Position numbers and translations under genes: made by a program. Under the pieces are notes generated by a model. The model made no database searches. It was not told the origin of the DNA and was given only the letters and a program-made list of their open reading frames with translations. A stretch of DNA of 45,139 nucleotides from an uncultured Methanosarcinales archaeon (GTDB lineage: Archaea > Nanobdellota > Nanobdellia > Woesearchaeales > CAZPJY01): the NCBI GenBank assembly GCA_964587045.1, contig CAZPJY010000015.1:1-45139 (forward strand). The letters run 5' to 3'. This document shows positions 19,798 to 29,307 of the stretch, one piece after another. How positions within the stretch are numbered: position 1 is the first letter of the stretch; every line of letters begins with the position of its first letter.

Positions 19798-20529
19798 CTA
19801 ATGCGCGTGCGCCAGCAGGAAAAACATCCCGACGATCGTGCCAACGAAAATAGCAGTCTCAGCGAGCAGCATCCACTGGTTCTTCCTATGCTTGTGCAAG
19901 GAGGGCACGATATCTGACAAGGCAACATAGAGGAATCCTCCGGCAGCAAGCAATACGGCATAAGCCGACAGGCTCCTGACCGATTCGAACAGGAAGAAAC
20001 CGACAACACCCCCTATCACGGCAGACAGAGCCGAGAGGAAGTTCAGCAATAGCGCCCTGTACCGGGTGAAGCCTGAGTGCAGCAGGACTGCATAGTCACC
20101 GAACTCCTGCGGGATCTCATGGATGGCGATTGTAACTGAAGTGAAGATTCCGGTCGAAACGTCGAGCATGAAGGAGCCGGCTATCAGCAGGCCGTCCAGG
20201 AAGTTGTGGACGAAATCGCCTGTCAGTATCAAAATCCCCGCGGGCTTATCCTCGCAGCGCTCCCTGTCGCAATGGTGCCAGTGGATATAGCGCTCGATTA
20301 TGAAGAACAGTATGATGCCGCCAACGACGAAGACCAGCCCCTCCTCGACATTTATCATCTCCTCAAGTGCGTGGGGAATCAAATCGAAGAACGCGACCGC
20401 AATCAGGGTGCCTGCGGCAAAGGAGATGAAATAATGCAGCATCTTCTTGACAAATTTGTGGGAGAATATGAGGCCCACCAGGCTAATCGCGCTGATGACC
20501 AGCGTCGCGAGCAGTATCCATCCGAGCAT
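19798..20529 (-). CDS. ZIP family metal transporter
   Basis: SFAAG, HWHH, HNFLDG, HEIPQEFGD, AGGFLYVA.SD..P. Confidence 0.93.
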   Translation of the reverse strand: MLGWILLATLVISAISLVGLIFSHKFVKKMLHYFISFAAGTLIAVAFFDLIPHALEEMINVEEGLVFVVGGIILFFIIERYIHWHHCDRERCEDKPAGILILTGDFVHNFLDGLLIAGSFMLDVSTGIFTSVTIAIHEIPQEFGDYAVLLHSGFTRYRALLLNFLSALSAVIGGVVGFFLFESVRSLSAYAVLLAAGGFLYVALSDIVPSLHKHRKNQWMLLAETAIFVGTIVGMFFLLAHAH

Positions 20530-20608
20530 TGTGGTAGCGGCGATATGCAAGTATAAAAAATGTTTGGAATAAGGTATATTTATATTTAGGATATCAGTCG
20601 CTTGCCAT

Positions 20609-20947
20609 ATGGACAGGAAGCTGTGGGACATCTATGTTCCGAAGTACGCGAACGACAGAACAAAGTACCTCAAGCGCAAGGTAAAATTTTCGATTGAACA
20701 CCATCACGCCTGGGACGACTACGTAAGGAGCCTGACAGGAGGCATCACAATAATGCGGAGTGCCAAAGGACAATGGATGAGCCCTGAAGGCGAGCTCTTC
20801 CGCGACGTGATGATACCTGTGAGAATCCTCTGCAGCGAAGAGCACATTGATGACATCATCAATTTCACCCTAAAACATTATGATCAGCATGCTGTCCTGG
20901 CCTATGAGGTCAGCGACAACATCAAGCTGGTCAACAGGCAATTCTGA
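20609..20947 (+). CDS. Hypothetical protein (DUF3574-like pattern)
   Basis: GGITI...KGQW.SP.G...Y.Q.AV pattern; TATA box upstream. Confidence 0.6.
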   Translation: MDRKLWDIYVPKYANDRTKYLKRKVKFSIEHHHAWDDYVRSLTGGITIMRSAKGQWMSPEGELFRDVMIPVRILCSEEHIDDIINFTLKHYDQHAVLAYEVSDNIKLVNRQF

Positions 20948-20982
20948 AAACATTTTTATAACCAAATCCATTCCAACGGAGC

Positions 20983-22740
20983 ATGGAGCCAAGAGACCTG
21001 AAGGAACTGTATCTCAAGTTCTTCGAGAGCAAAGGCCACAAGAGGATAGAGGGAGCCTCGCTGATCCCCGAGAACGACCCTTCGGTCCTCTTCACTACGG
21101 CAGGCATGCACCCGCTGGTCCCGTTCCTGCTGGGCCAGCCGCACCCACTGGGGAAGAGGGTTGCCAACTGTCAGAAGTGCATCCGCACCGGCGATATCGA
21201 TGAGGTCGGGGACGAGGTCCATTTCTCGTTCTTCGAAATGCTTGGCAACTGGTCCTTTGGCGACTACTTCAAGGAAGAAGCAATCACTTGGAGCTTCGAG
21301 TTCCTGACAGCGGTCCTCAAGATTCCGCTCGATAGGCTTGCCATAACCTGCTTTGCTGGCGACAAGGACGCCCAAAAGGACCAGTTCTCGGCCGAAGTTT
21401 GGATGAGGATGGGAATCCCAAAGGAGCGGATCGCCTTCATGCCCAAGGCCGACAATTGGTGGGGGCCGGCAGGCAAGACCGGGCCCTGCGGCCCTGACAC
21501 GGAGATGTTCGTATGGAACGGAGAGGGCAAGGCCCCCAAGGCCTTCGACCCGAAGGACAGCCGCTGGGTCGAGGTCTGGAATGACGTGTTCATGGAGTAC
21601 AACAAGGCGGCCGACGGCAAGTACCTGCCCCTGAAGCAGAAGAACGTAGACACCGGGATGGGCCTTGAGAGGACAGCAATGATACTCCAGGGAAAGAGGA
21701 ACGTCTATGAGATTAGCACGCTGGACCCGATAGCTAAATGCATACAGGGCCTGGCAGGGCTCAAGAGGCTATCGAAACAGCAGGAGCAGTCAGTGAGGAT
21801 CATCACAGACCACCTGCGCGCGGCTGTTTTCATCCTAGGTGACGAGCGCAGCATCACTCCATCAAACATCGACCAGGGCTACATATTGAGGAGGTTCATC
21901 AGGAGGTCGCTTCGCCACCTCAGACTCCTTGGGATCGACATCTATTCCGGGGACAAGACACCTGAGATAGCCAAGGTGATAATTGACCTGTACAAGAAGG
22001 ACTACCCCCTCCTGGATTCCAAAATGGTAATTGATGAGCTGAAAAAGGAGGAGCAGAGGTTCAAGCGGACCCTCGAGAAGGGACTCAAGAATTTCGAGAG
22101 GCTGGCAAAAGAGGGAGACCTGGATGCCAAATCGGCCTTCCTCCTCTTCCAGTCCTTCGGATTCCCAATCGAGATGATTGAGGAGCTTGCGGGTGAGAAG
22201 GGGCTGAAGGTGGATGTGAAGGGCTTCCAGGAGGAGTACAGGAGGCACCAGGAGCTTTCGCGAGCAGGTGCCGAAAAGAGGTTTAAGGGAGGGCTTGCAG
22301 ACGATTCGGAAATGACCACCCGCCTCCACACGGCGACTCACCTGCTAAACGAGGCCTTGAGGAGGGTGCTCGCTGAGGACATCAGGCAGAAGGGGTCAAA
22401 CATCACTTCTGAGCGTCTGCGTTTTGATTTCAACTTCCCTCGCAAGCTGACGGATGAGGAGAAGAAGAAGGTCGAGGAGACGGTCAACAGGGCCATCAAG
22501 GAAGGCCTGCCTGTTACCCGCAAGAAGATGCCTCTGAAAGAGGCGCTCAAGTCAGGAGCCCAAGCTGAGTTCGGCGCCAAGTACCCTGATCAGGTATGGG
22601 TCTATTCTGTAGGAGACTTCTCAAAGGAGATATGCAACGGCCCGCATGTGGGAAACACCAAGATGCTGGGCACCTTCAAGATCAAAAAGGAAGAGAGTTC
22701 TGCTGCCGGCGTCCGAAGGATCAAGGCGGTCCTTAGCTAA
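20983..22740 (+). CDS. alaS: Alanyl-tRNA synthetase (compact form lacking C-Ala)
   Basis: LFTTAGM, QKCIRTGDI, FFEMLGNWSFGDYFK, GPCGP, DTGMGLER; editing motifs HTATH and CNGPHV; ends GVRRIKA. Confidence 0.97.
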   Translation: MEPRDLKELYLKFFESKGHKRIEGASLIPENDPSVLFTTAGMHPLVPFLLGQPHPLGKRVANCQKCIRTGDIDEVGDEVHFSFFEMLGNWSFGDYFKEEAITWSFEFLTAVLKIPLDRLAITCFAGDKDAQKDQFSAEVWMRMGIPKERIAFMPKADNWWGPAGKTGPCGPDTEMFVWNGEGKAPKAFDPKDSRWVEVWNDVFMEYNKAADGKYLPLKQKNVDTGMGLERTAMILQGKRNVYEISTLDPIAKCIQGLAGLKRLSKQQEQSVRIITDHLRAAVFILGDERSITPSNIDQGYILRRFIRRSLRHLRLLGIDIYSGDKTPEIAKVIIDLYKKDYPLLDSKMVIDELKKEEQRFKRTLEKGLKNFERLAKEGDLDAKSAFLLFQSFGFPIEMIEELAGEKGLKVDVKGFQEEYRRHQELSRAGAEKRFKGGLADDSEMTTRLHTATHLLNEALRRVLAEDIRQKGSNITSERLRFDFNFPRKLTDEEKKKVEETVNRAIKEGLPVTRKKMPLKEALKSGAQAEFGAKYPDQVWVYSVGDFSKEICNGPHVGNTKMLGTFKIKKEESSAAGVRRIKAVLS

Positions 22741-22773
22741 ACCTTAAAAATAAGCTTTTCTCGCCAGCATCAA

Positions 22774-23493
22774 ATGAAGCTACTCGACATGCTCCTCAAT
22801 AAGAAACCTGACAACGGGGCCTTGGTCAGGATGCTGGATGATTTCGTGAACCAGGTCTATTGGGGTGAGGACCTTGCCATCGAATCCTCCAAGAGGAACC
22901 TTGAAGACTCTGTGGTCGAGCTCAAAAGGTACGGTTTTCACTCCTCAAACGGCCTGCTGATATCCAACGACGGGTATTTCCTCACCGCCTATCATTGCGT
23001 TAGAAGGCGTGGCAGGATCCACATCCAAACCAGCGACGGCGGTACATATAGGGTAAAAAAGGTTTGTGCGGTAAGCAAATGTTTTGATATCGCCCTAGCG
23101 AAGGCTGACATGCCAGGCCCGACGACCATCAGGAGGTTCAAATTCTACACAGATGAAATCAAGAAGAATGACATGGTGGTAATTCTGACCAAATGGAAAA
23201 AGCTCCTGACTAATGGTGGCTTGGTGATCCAGACCCATAACAATTATTATTCCTTAGATAGTAAAGGGGGCTCGAAGCGCAGGTTTCTGAAGAATCACTT
23301 TTGTATAAATACTACAACAAGGCCCGGTGATTCGGGCGGTGTGGTCGTGACCATCGACGGCCGCCTTATAGGGCTCGTGAGCTGCGGAACGGGCGGTTAT
23401 GACACAACGGCAGTTAAGTTCTTCAATGCCCTGGAGCTGATTTCACATTATAGGGCGTCAAAAGCCAAATGGATTGTTCCTTTTAAGCCTTGA
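22774..23493 (+). CDS. Trypsin-like serine protease
   Basis: Catalytic triad motifs LTAYHC, DIAL, GDSGG. Confidence 0.88.
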   Translation: MKLLDMLLNKKPDNGALVRMLDDFVNQVYWGEDLAIESSKRNLEDSVVELKRYGFHSSNGLLISNDGYFLTAYHCVRRRGRIHIQTSDGGTYRVKKVCAVSKCFDIALAKADMPGPTTIRRFKFYTDEIKKNDMVVILTKWKKLLTNGGLVIQTHNNYYSLDSKGGSKRRFLKNHFCINTTTRPGDSGGVVVTIDGRLIGLVSCGTGGYDTTAVKFFNALELISHYRASKAKWIVPFKP

Positions 23494-23641
23494 TTACCTA
23501 ATCATTTTTCAGGCTTAATCTAACCTTTCCTGAATAATTTCTTTATATTTCGGATCAGATAGAGGTGTCAGGCTCAAAAAATCAGGGCAAGGTAGCAAGC
23601 CCTCAAATGTGCGGAAAATAGGCTCTAGAAGCCTTGAGAAG

Positions 23642-23651
23642 NNNNNNNNNN
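23642..23651. other. Assembly/scaffold gap (10 N)
   Basis: Run of n characters. Confidence 1.
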
Positions 23652-23696
23652 ATAGAGGCTTGCTCCCAGCCCCTGCAAAAACATGAGGTAATGATA

Positions 23697-24971
23697 ATGG
23701 CACAAGCAAACACATTAGATGAGTTGAAGAGGAAGTACAAGGCCACCACCAAGAAAAGGGAGGCACAAGAGTACGAAGAGAGCACCGAAAAGAGGTACAG
23801 GGCAGAACAGACTGTCGAGCGGATCAGCAAAGCACCGAGCGAGTCCAAAATCAGCAAGGAAAACCTCGACACTGAAATCGCACGAATCCAGATCCAACTG
23901 ACCCGAATGGCCAAGAACTACGGCACCTTGTTCAACGGTTTCGACGACCTTCTGAAAGGCGAAGGCGTCATGGGAAGATGGGACACCATCAAGTATCAAA
24001 TATATGAGAAAATAGGGATGGAAAAGAAAGCTGACCAGCTCCTTACCAAGAACGTCATCAAGCAAAAGGAGAGCCTGAATACGCTCACAGAGAAGATCGC
24101 TGAGGCGATCAACGAATCTCACCAGAAGGCCGAGAAGGGTAAGGGCCTCGCGCAGACCCTGCTCGAGACAGAGCTTATCCCTCACATGAAGTATCTCAAC
24201 AGGGATCTCGTGGAGGAACTCAGGACCGGCATCACGACAGATGAGGACTACGAGGTTGCCATGAACGAGGTCGAAAAGCTCGACAAGGAGCTCGCAGAGA
24301 TTGACAACGTCCTCGCCAAGTACGAGAAGAAGGTCTTTGCGGCCAAGAGGAAGAAGGACTTCGAGAATATCAGGAAGTTCACCAACGAGATGGACCAGGT
24401 CCTCAACATCAAGGAACAAATCCTTGACGGAAAGCTCGGTGCGGAAGGCGTCGTATCTGAGATTAGAAGAGAAATACTTGAATCCTCAGAGGCAGTCCAG
24501 TCGGCAAAGGGAGCAATCGCCATGTCATGGGTCAACTACCGCGCATTCACAGCAATCGTCGACTCGTTTTCCGAAATGGAGTTCAAGTACCGCCACCTCA
24601 GGGATCATATGGTCCCGGTGTTCAAGCAGCAGTCCCAAGCAGCGGTCATGGGCAACCAGATCCTCGAGATGGGCAAGCAGATTGAAGAAATCTCGTCAGC
24701 ATACAACGCCCTCGGCGAGTACGTGGTCAATTTGACGAACCACATGCTGGACCAGACCTTCGAAATCGTCAAGAAACCCATCTTCGAGGTAAGCAAGGCC
24801 AACGACCTCTTCACCACGATAGATCAGATCTATGCGGCGAAGAACAAGGAAAAGCTGGCCTGGGCGGATCTTCAGCAGAGGCTGGATACGCTTCCCGAAG
24901 TTGTGAAGAAAGCCGGCAAAGTCGAGAATTCGAGTGGCGTCCGCTACAGGTCTCACAGAGAGGCCAACTAA
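23697..24971 (+). CDS. Long coiled-coil protein, first gene of accessory operon
   Basis: GAGG RBS before ATG 23697; helical E/K-rich sequence. Confidence 0.8.
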   Translation: MAQANTLDELKRKYKATTKKREAQEYEESTEKRYRAEQTVERISKAPSESKISKENLDTEIARIQIQLTRMAKNYGTLFNGFDDLLKGEGVMGRWDTIKYQIYEKIGMEKKADQLLTKNVIKQKESLNTLTEKIAEAINESHQKAEKGKGLAQTLLETELIPHMKYLNRDLVEELRTGITTDEDYEVAMNEVEKLDKELAEIDNVLAKYEKKVFAAKRKKDFENIRKFTNEMDQVLNIKEQILDGKLGAEGVVSEIRREILESSEAVQSAKGAIAMSWVNYRAFTAIVDSFSEMEFKYRHLRDHMVPVFKQQSQAAVMGNQILEMGKQIEEISSAYNALGEYVVNLTNHMLDQTFEIVKKPIFEVSKANDLFTTIDQIYAAKNKEKLAWADLQQRLDTLPEVVKKAGKVENSSGVRYRSHREAN

Positions 24972-25000
24972 ATTTTTTTATAATTTTTTGATGATACGAA

Positions 25001-26122
25001 ATGAGCCAAGCTAATTCAGTGACCCTTGAAGGAGAGGAGAAGGAACTCTATCTCAAGAGCCTAGACATAGCGCTCGACGCCATCTCCAACAACTTCAGGT
25101 CCGAAACCCCACGCGACCAGTTGAGCTTCATCAAACGGTACGGCGACGAAAAAAAGTGGGACTGGGACCGGATGCGCCCACTGGACGACTCGTACAAAAA
25201 CCTGGCTTCGATGATTGACGAGGTCAGGGCTCAGTTCGCCTGGTTCTCATGGATATACACAGACGAACCGTCCCAGAACAGGGGGTACTTCAAGAAGATA
25301 GGTGTCCGGACAGACACTGGGCTTCCGCTCTTCTACGATTTCATGAACCTCGAGAAGCTCAAGGTAGATGCCGACAAAAACCTGGGGGAACTGCCGACAG
25401 AAAAAGCATGCCTTGCGGAGCTCGAAAGGATAATCATGACTGACCACTGCAAGAAGAAAGACATCGGCAATGAGATCGGTAAGATCCACGATATCATGAT
25501 GAAGAGGTCATTCATCGAGAAGCTGAAGGATTCGGAGCTCATCGGATGGCGAACCTCAGACTACAAGGTCACGGCAAAGAGGATCATACCCCTCGGAATC
25601 GAGGAGCTATGGAACATCAATGTCATCAGCTACTCAGCGGGTTTCGGTCTGTTCCACATTTATGACATCGACCTCTGGCAGGACATCAGCGATCCTGTGA
25701 TAAAAGAGATGCATGAGGGGATCTACATAGCCCCAACCTTCAAGAACATGCTTTCCTTTTCAGACAGCAACTCAGCCTGGTACATCCTCTCAGATATTGA
25801 CCAGTCCTTCGAGAGCCTTCACCCGGTGCACGCCTCCCGGGCGGTAATAGGTCCGATGGTCCATTCCCACGCCCCGATCAGAGAGCATGACAGGCGCATC
25901 GCGATACTGGACCAGCTGGCAAAAGCTGACCCTCAGGCGAGCTTCCTGCGGGCCACAGTCCAATACTCATTCGCACCTAACCAAACAATCGAGGAGGAGA
26001 CAGTAAGACAGGTCATCCACCAGCGAGACTGGGAGGATGAAATACTGGTCGTACCTCCCAGGCACGCTCAAAAAGTCTCAAGCAGCCTCTTAGGAGAGCG
26101 CATCAGAATACTCGAAAGGTGA
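25001..26122 (+). CDS. Conserved-looking hypothetical protein
   Basis: 373 aa ORF in operon; TGLPLFYD and FESLHP...IGPM motifs. Confidence 0.8.
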   Translation: MSQANSVTLEGEEKELYLKSLDIALDAISNNFRSETPRDQLSFIKRYGDEKKWDWDRMRPLDDSYKNLASMIDEVRAQFAWFSWIYTDEPSQNRGYFKKIGVRTDTGLPLFYDFMNLEKLKVDADKNLGELPTEKACLAELERIIMTDHCKKKDIGNEIGKIHDIMMKRSFIEKLKDSELIGWRTSDYKVTAKRIIPLGIEELWNINVISYSAGFGLFHIYDIDLWQDISDPVIKEMHEGIYIAPTFKNMLSFSDSNSAWYILSDIDQSFESLHPVHASRAVIGPMVHSHAPIREHDRRIAILDQLAKADPQASFLRATVQYSFAPNQTIEEETVRQVIHQRDWEDEILVVPPRHAQKVSSSLLGERIRILER

Positions 26123-26127
26123 GAATC

Positions 26128-27915
26128 ATGGATATGATAATCGACGAACAGGTCGCAGAAAACTTGAAAGCGATCAAGAACATACTCAAGAATCCCAACC
26201 TCCACGACCCCCAAAGGAAAAAGCTGGGCTTCTACAAGGCTTTGGATGACGGCATTAACAACGGGACCAGGCCGGAGAGGGAGCAAATCAGCTACCTCGA
26301 AGCGTTCGAAACAGCGCTAACTGTATTCAAAGAGGCCTCGATCAAGCTAAGGACAGAGATGGACGTTCTGACCAAGGAGAGCAGGTACGAGGCCATAAAG
26401 AAAGGCATCGCAGACCGCATAGAGGTCATCTCAAGCGAAATCGTCGAAAGCCCCCACCTGGCAAAGTACAACCTCAACAATCATGACATAAAGGTCAATC
26501 TCGAAAAGCAGCTGCAAGGGGAGATCATCAATGCAGGAAAGGATGTCACAGACAGCATAATGTTCTCGAACAGGTACGCTCTGGCCTTCGCAGGACATGT
26601 AGGACTTGCTCTGCTAGACGCCGACAGGATGGACACCGACAAGTTGGCGGATCCGGGAAGGAAGTATGACATCAGCAAGGATTCGGACAAGATAGTGTCA
26701 CTGCTTTCGGCAACGGCAGCTGACGACCTCGAACAGATAATCGCAGACAAGAAGAAGGCCAACGAGGAGGTCAACAGCGATACACTCAAAGACTCCCTGC
26801 GCTTCACCTTCACGACCTGGACCAACCAGTTGAACTGGAACACCTTCAAGGACGTGGCAGAGAAGGAAAATATAGAGAAAGAAAAGCTCAAGTACGGCAA
26901 CTTCTCCATCATCAAAGGCGACTTCTCCAGGAAGCACGACCAGCTCGATATCGACAACAAGTTCATGGATGTCCGGAAGAGCGACATAATAGGCGCTGAG
27001 GAGTACGTCAACATCATATGGCAGCACCTACTCAAACTGGGCGGATACAGGCACGAGTTCAGGGACAATGCGGCCAACCCCGCGAAGGTTATTTTCACAT
27101 ACGGTGATCCTGGCTGCGGGAAGACCTTCATCTCCCACGCCCTGATAATGGAGTTCGCTGAGCTCTGCAAGAGGAAGGGATACCCGCTCAAAGCCCTCAC
27201 CCACAGCACCACAGACTACGCGTCATCATACCAAAACGCCACTGCCAACGCCCTCAACGAGCTCGCAGCCGAGATAAACGGGTTCCCGGGGCCTGTGATC
27301 ATGTACGTCGCTGACGCAGACAACATCTTCCTTGCCAGGTCTGATCCGTCGCTCACGGCAGAGCAGCGGCAGACCATGGGAGTCTACTTCAAGATGTTCG
27401 ACGGCACGTTGATCAAGAAGAACGGCAAGTTCCTGGCGATCATGGACGCCAACTACCTGCACAAGATAGACGGCGCCACGCAGAGCAGGCTCTTCGACGA
27501 GACCCTCAAGCTGAAACGATTCGAGAAGGCCGAGGACTTCGCAAAGCTGTTTAGGAAGACCCTTGAGAAGGGCACTGAAGGCACTGGAATCAGCGACAAG
27601 GAATGGCTCAAGATAGGCAAAAATATTCTTGACTCGCCCTTCCAGAACAGGGAGATCGACCACATAGTGAACCAGCTGAGAGGGTCTTACTCTGTTGACG
27701 AATCAATCTTCGACATGACGCACCAGCAGATAATCGACTCAAGGAACGCCCACATGAAATCGATATCATACAAGACGATAATGGGGAAAATCGAAGAGAA
27801 GATCAGCACCCTTGAGGAGATATCAGAGGACTCCCGCACGAAGGAGATACTGAACATCTACGAGAACAAGTGGAAGAAGCCCCAGACTGAGGAGCACGCA
27901 CCGAAAGCAAAATGA
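26128..27915 (+). CDS. AAA+ ATPase with atypical Walker B
   Basis: Walker A GDPGCGKT; Walker B position reads IMYVADAD; AGGTGA RBS before ATG 26128. Confidence 0.85.
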   Translation: MDMIIDEQVAENLKAIKNILKNPNLHDPQRKKLGFYKALDDGINNGTRPEREQISYLEAFETALTVFKEASIKLRTEMDVLTKESRYEAIKKGIADRIEVISSEIVESPHLAKYNLNNHDIKVNLEKQLQGEIINAGKDVTDSIMFSNRYALAFAGHVGLALLDADRMDTDKLADPGRKYDISKDSDKIVSLLSATAADDLEQIIADKKKANEEVNSDTLKDSLRFTFTTWTNQLNWNTFKDVAEKENIEKEKLKYGNFSIIKGDFSRKHDQLDIDNKFMDVRKSDIIGAEEYVNIIWQHLLKLGGYRHEFRDNAANPAKVIFTYGDPGCGKTFISHALIMEFAELCKRKGYPLKALTHSTTDYASSYQNATANALNELAAEINGFPGPVIMYVADADNIFLARSDPSLTAEQRQTMGVYFKMFDGTLIKKNGKFLAIMDANYLHKIDGATQSRLFDETLKLKRFEKAEDFAKLFRKTLEKGTEGTGISDKEWLKIGKNILDSPFQNREIDHIVNQLRGSYSVDESIFDMTHQQIIDSRNAHMKSISYKTIMGKIEEKISTLEEISEDSRTKEILNIYENKWKKPQTEEHAPKAK

Positions 27916-29294
27916 GACTGACGCTTAAGAAACTGATGAAGATACAGGAACTGGAAGAGATTGCTAAAGGCAAGACTGGAACCCTAGACATCTCAAAGCT
28001 GGAATCAGACTTCCTCAAGCTCTCTGAATGCATGACCAAGAGATCGCTACTGGTAACTCCCAAGCGGCTGTACAAGCTGGAGGGCGATGAAAGAGATCAC
28101 ATGAGGAAGGTGATGGAGGCGCTGGGCGAGCCTGGAGATCTTCCCAAGAGCGTCGACTTCTCAGGGGCGTTCGACTACAGGCCGTTCTCCGATAAGCTGA
28201 TAATCTTCTCGCTAGAGCAGGCATTATCTGCAGACCACCTGATTGACACCCGCTCCTACCTCAACCCAATCCTCTTAAAGGTCTATGGGGACGGCAAGAA
28301 CATGATCAGGGATTTCGCCATTAACGAGGCACTTTTTGGATATGTCACCATAACTAGGGGGAGCCTTGAGTTGAAAGATGTCCCATTCTTCCCTGAGAAG
28401 TTTACGGAGGGTCCGTACCAGCTCAGCGTGACGATAGACTCCCCAAACAACAGCGTCATGAAGTACCGGGAAATCAAGGAGTTCCTCGCCCAAGCCTCGA
28501 AGAATCCGTATATACTAAAGGACAAGGAAGAGATGGACAAGGTCGCAAATCATGCAATCGCCCTGCGCGAGGTCCTGGGCTCGCTTTCCAGGTACGATGA
28601 AGTCAAGGACAACGCATTCCAGGCCAACACTGATTCGGTCGTGCTAAGGGATGAGAGTTCAATACTGTACTACCTGCACAATGATAAGGGGAATTTCATG
28701 GTGTACTTCGGGGAGAACCCGTTCTTCGACGAACCCAGGAATCTAACAATACTTAACGGGGAGGATTTCCATCACACTCTCAAGACGCTCATTCAAAACG
28801 AGTTCTATGTGCCGAGCCAGCCAATCCTCGAGCAGCGCATACGCGACCTGAAGCAAACCTTCCGCGACGCAGCGCGTGCCAAGGTGATAACCGACCCAAG
28901 GGAGCATGACGAGTACAAGCATCTGCTCGAGGAGCTCGAGGACACCTTGGATTTTTTCAGGGGCGTCAGGAACGGCGAGGGTAGGAAGAACTACGTAATG
29001 AGCAAGCCGCCAGAGCTCGCAGAGTTCATGGTCTATCCGAACACCGAGGACCCTGTGGTGCACGAGCTCTTACCGAGGATATCATGGAACTCCGCAGTCA
29101 GGCACTACAATGACACCAGCGGTTTCATCAAGTCATTCGAGGATTCTAACGATAAGAAGAGGAAGAAGATGCTACAGGAGGTAGTGTCAAACATCACTTT
29201 CATCAACCAGCAGAACAACGACGTCAACAGCTGGCTGTATGCTAATCACAAGAAGACCTGCGAGAAGGCAGGGCTCACGTTTGAGCTAAGATAA
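27912..29294 (+). CDS. Hypothetical protein (possibly DUF6638-related)
   Basis: 460 aa ORF overlapping the upstream stop (ATGA); family guess is from recalled similarity only. Confidence 0.7.
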   Translation: MRLTLKKLMKIQELEEIAKGKTGTLDISKLESDFLKLSECMTKRSLLVTPKRLYKLEGDERDHMRKVMEALGEPGDLPKSVDFSGAFDYRPFSDKLIIFSLEQALSADHLIDTRSYLNPILLKVYGDGKNMIRDFAINEALFGYVTITRGSLELKDVPFFPEKFTEGPYQLSVTIDSPNNSVMKYREIKEFLAQASKNPYILKDKEEMDKVANHAIALREVLGSLSRYDEVKDNAFQANTDSVVLRDESSILYYLHNDKGNFMVYFGENPFFDEPRNLTILNGEDFHHTLKTLIQNEFYVPSQPILEQRIRDLKQTFRDAARAKVITDPREHDEYKHLLEELEDTLDFFRGVRNGEGRKNYVMSKPPELAEFMVYPNTEDPVVHELLPRISWNSAVRHYNDTSGFIKSFEDSNDKKRKKMLQEVVSNITFINQQNNDVNSWLYANHKKTCEKAGLTFELR

Positions 29295-29307
29295 GGAGGA
29301 AGTCAAA

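Noticed and set aside
19482..20009. 175-aa - strand ORF between cspA and the ZIP transporter
   Set aside because: Its 5' half overlaps the ZIP gene out of frame and no credible start was found; the 3' part may be a gene remnant but cannot be supported.
23515..23914. ORFs spanning the N run
   Set aside because: Artefacts of translating across an assembly gap.
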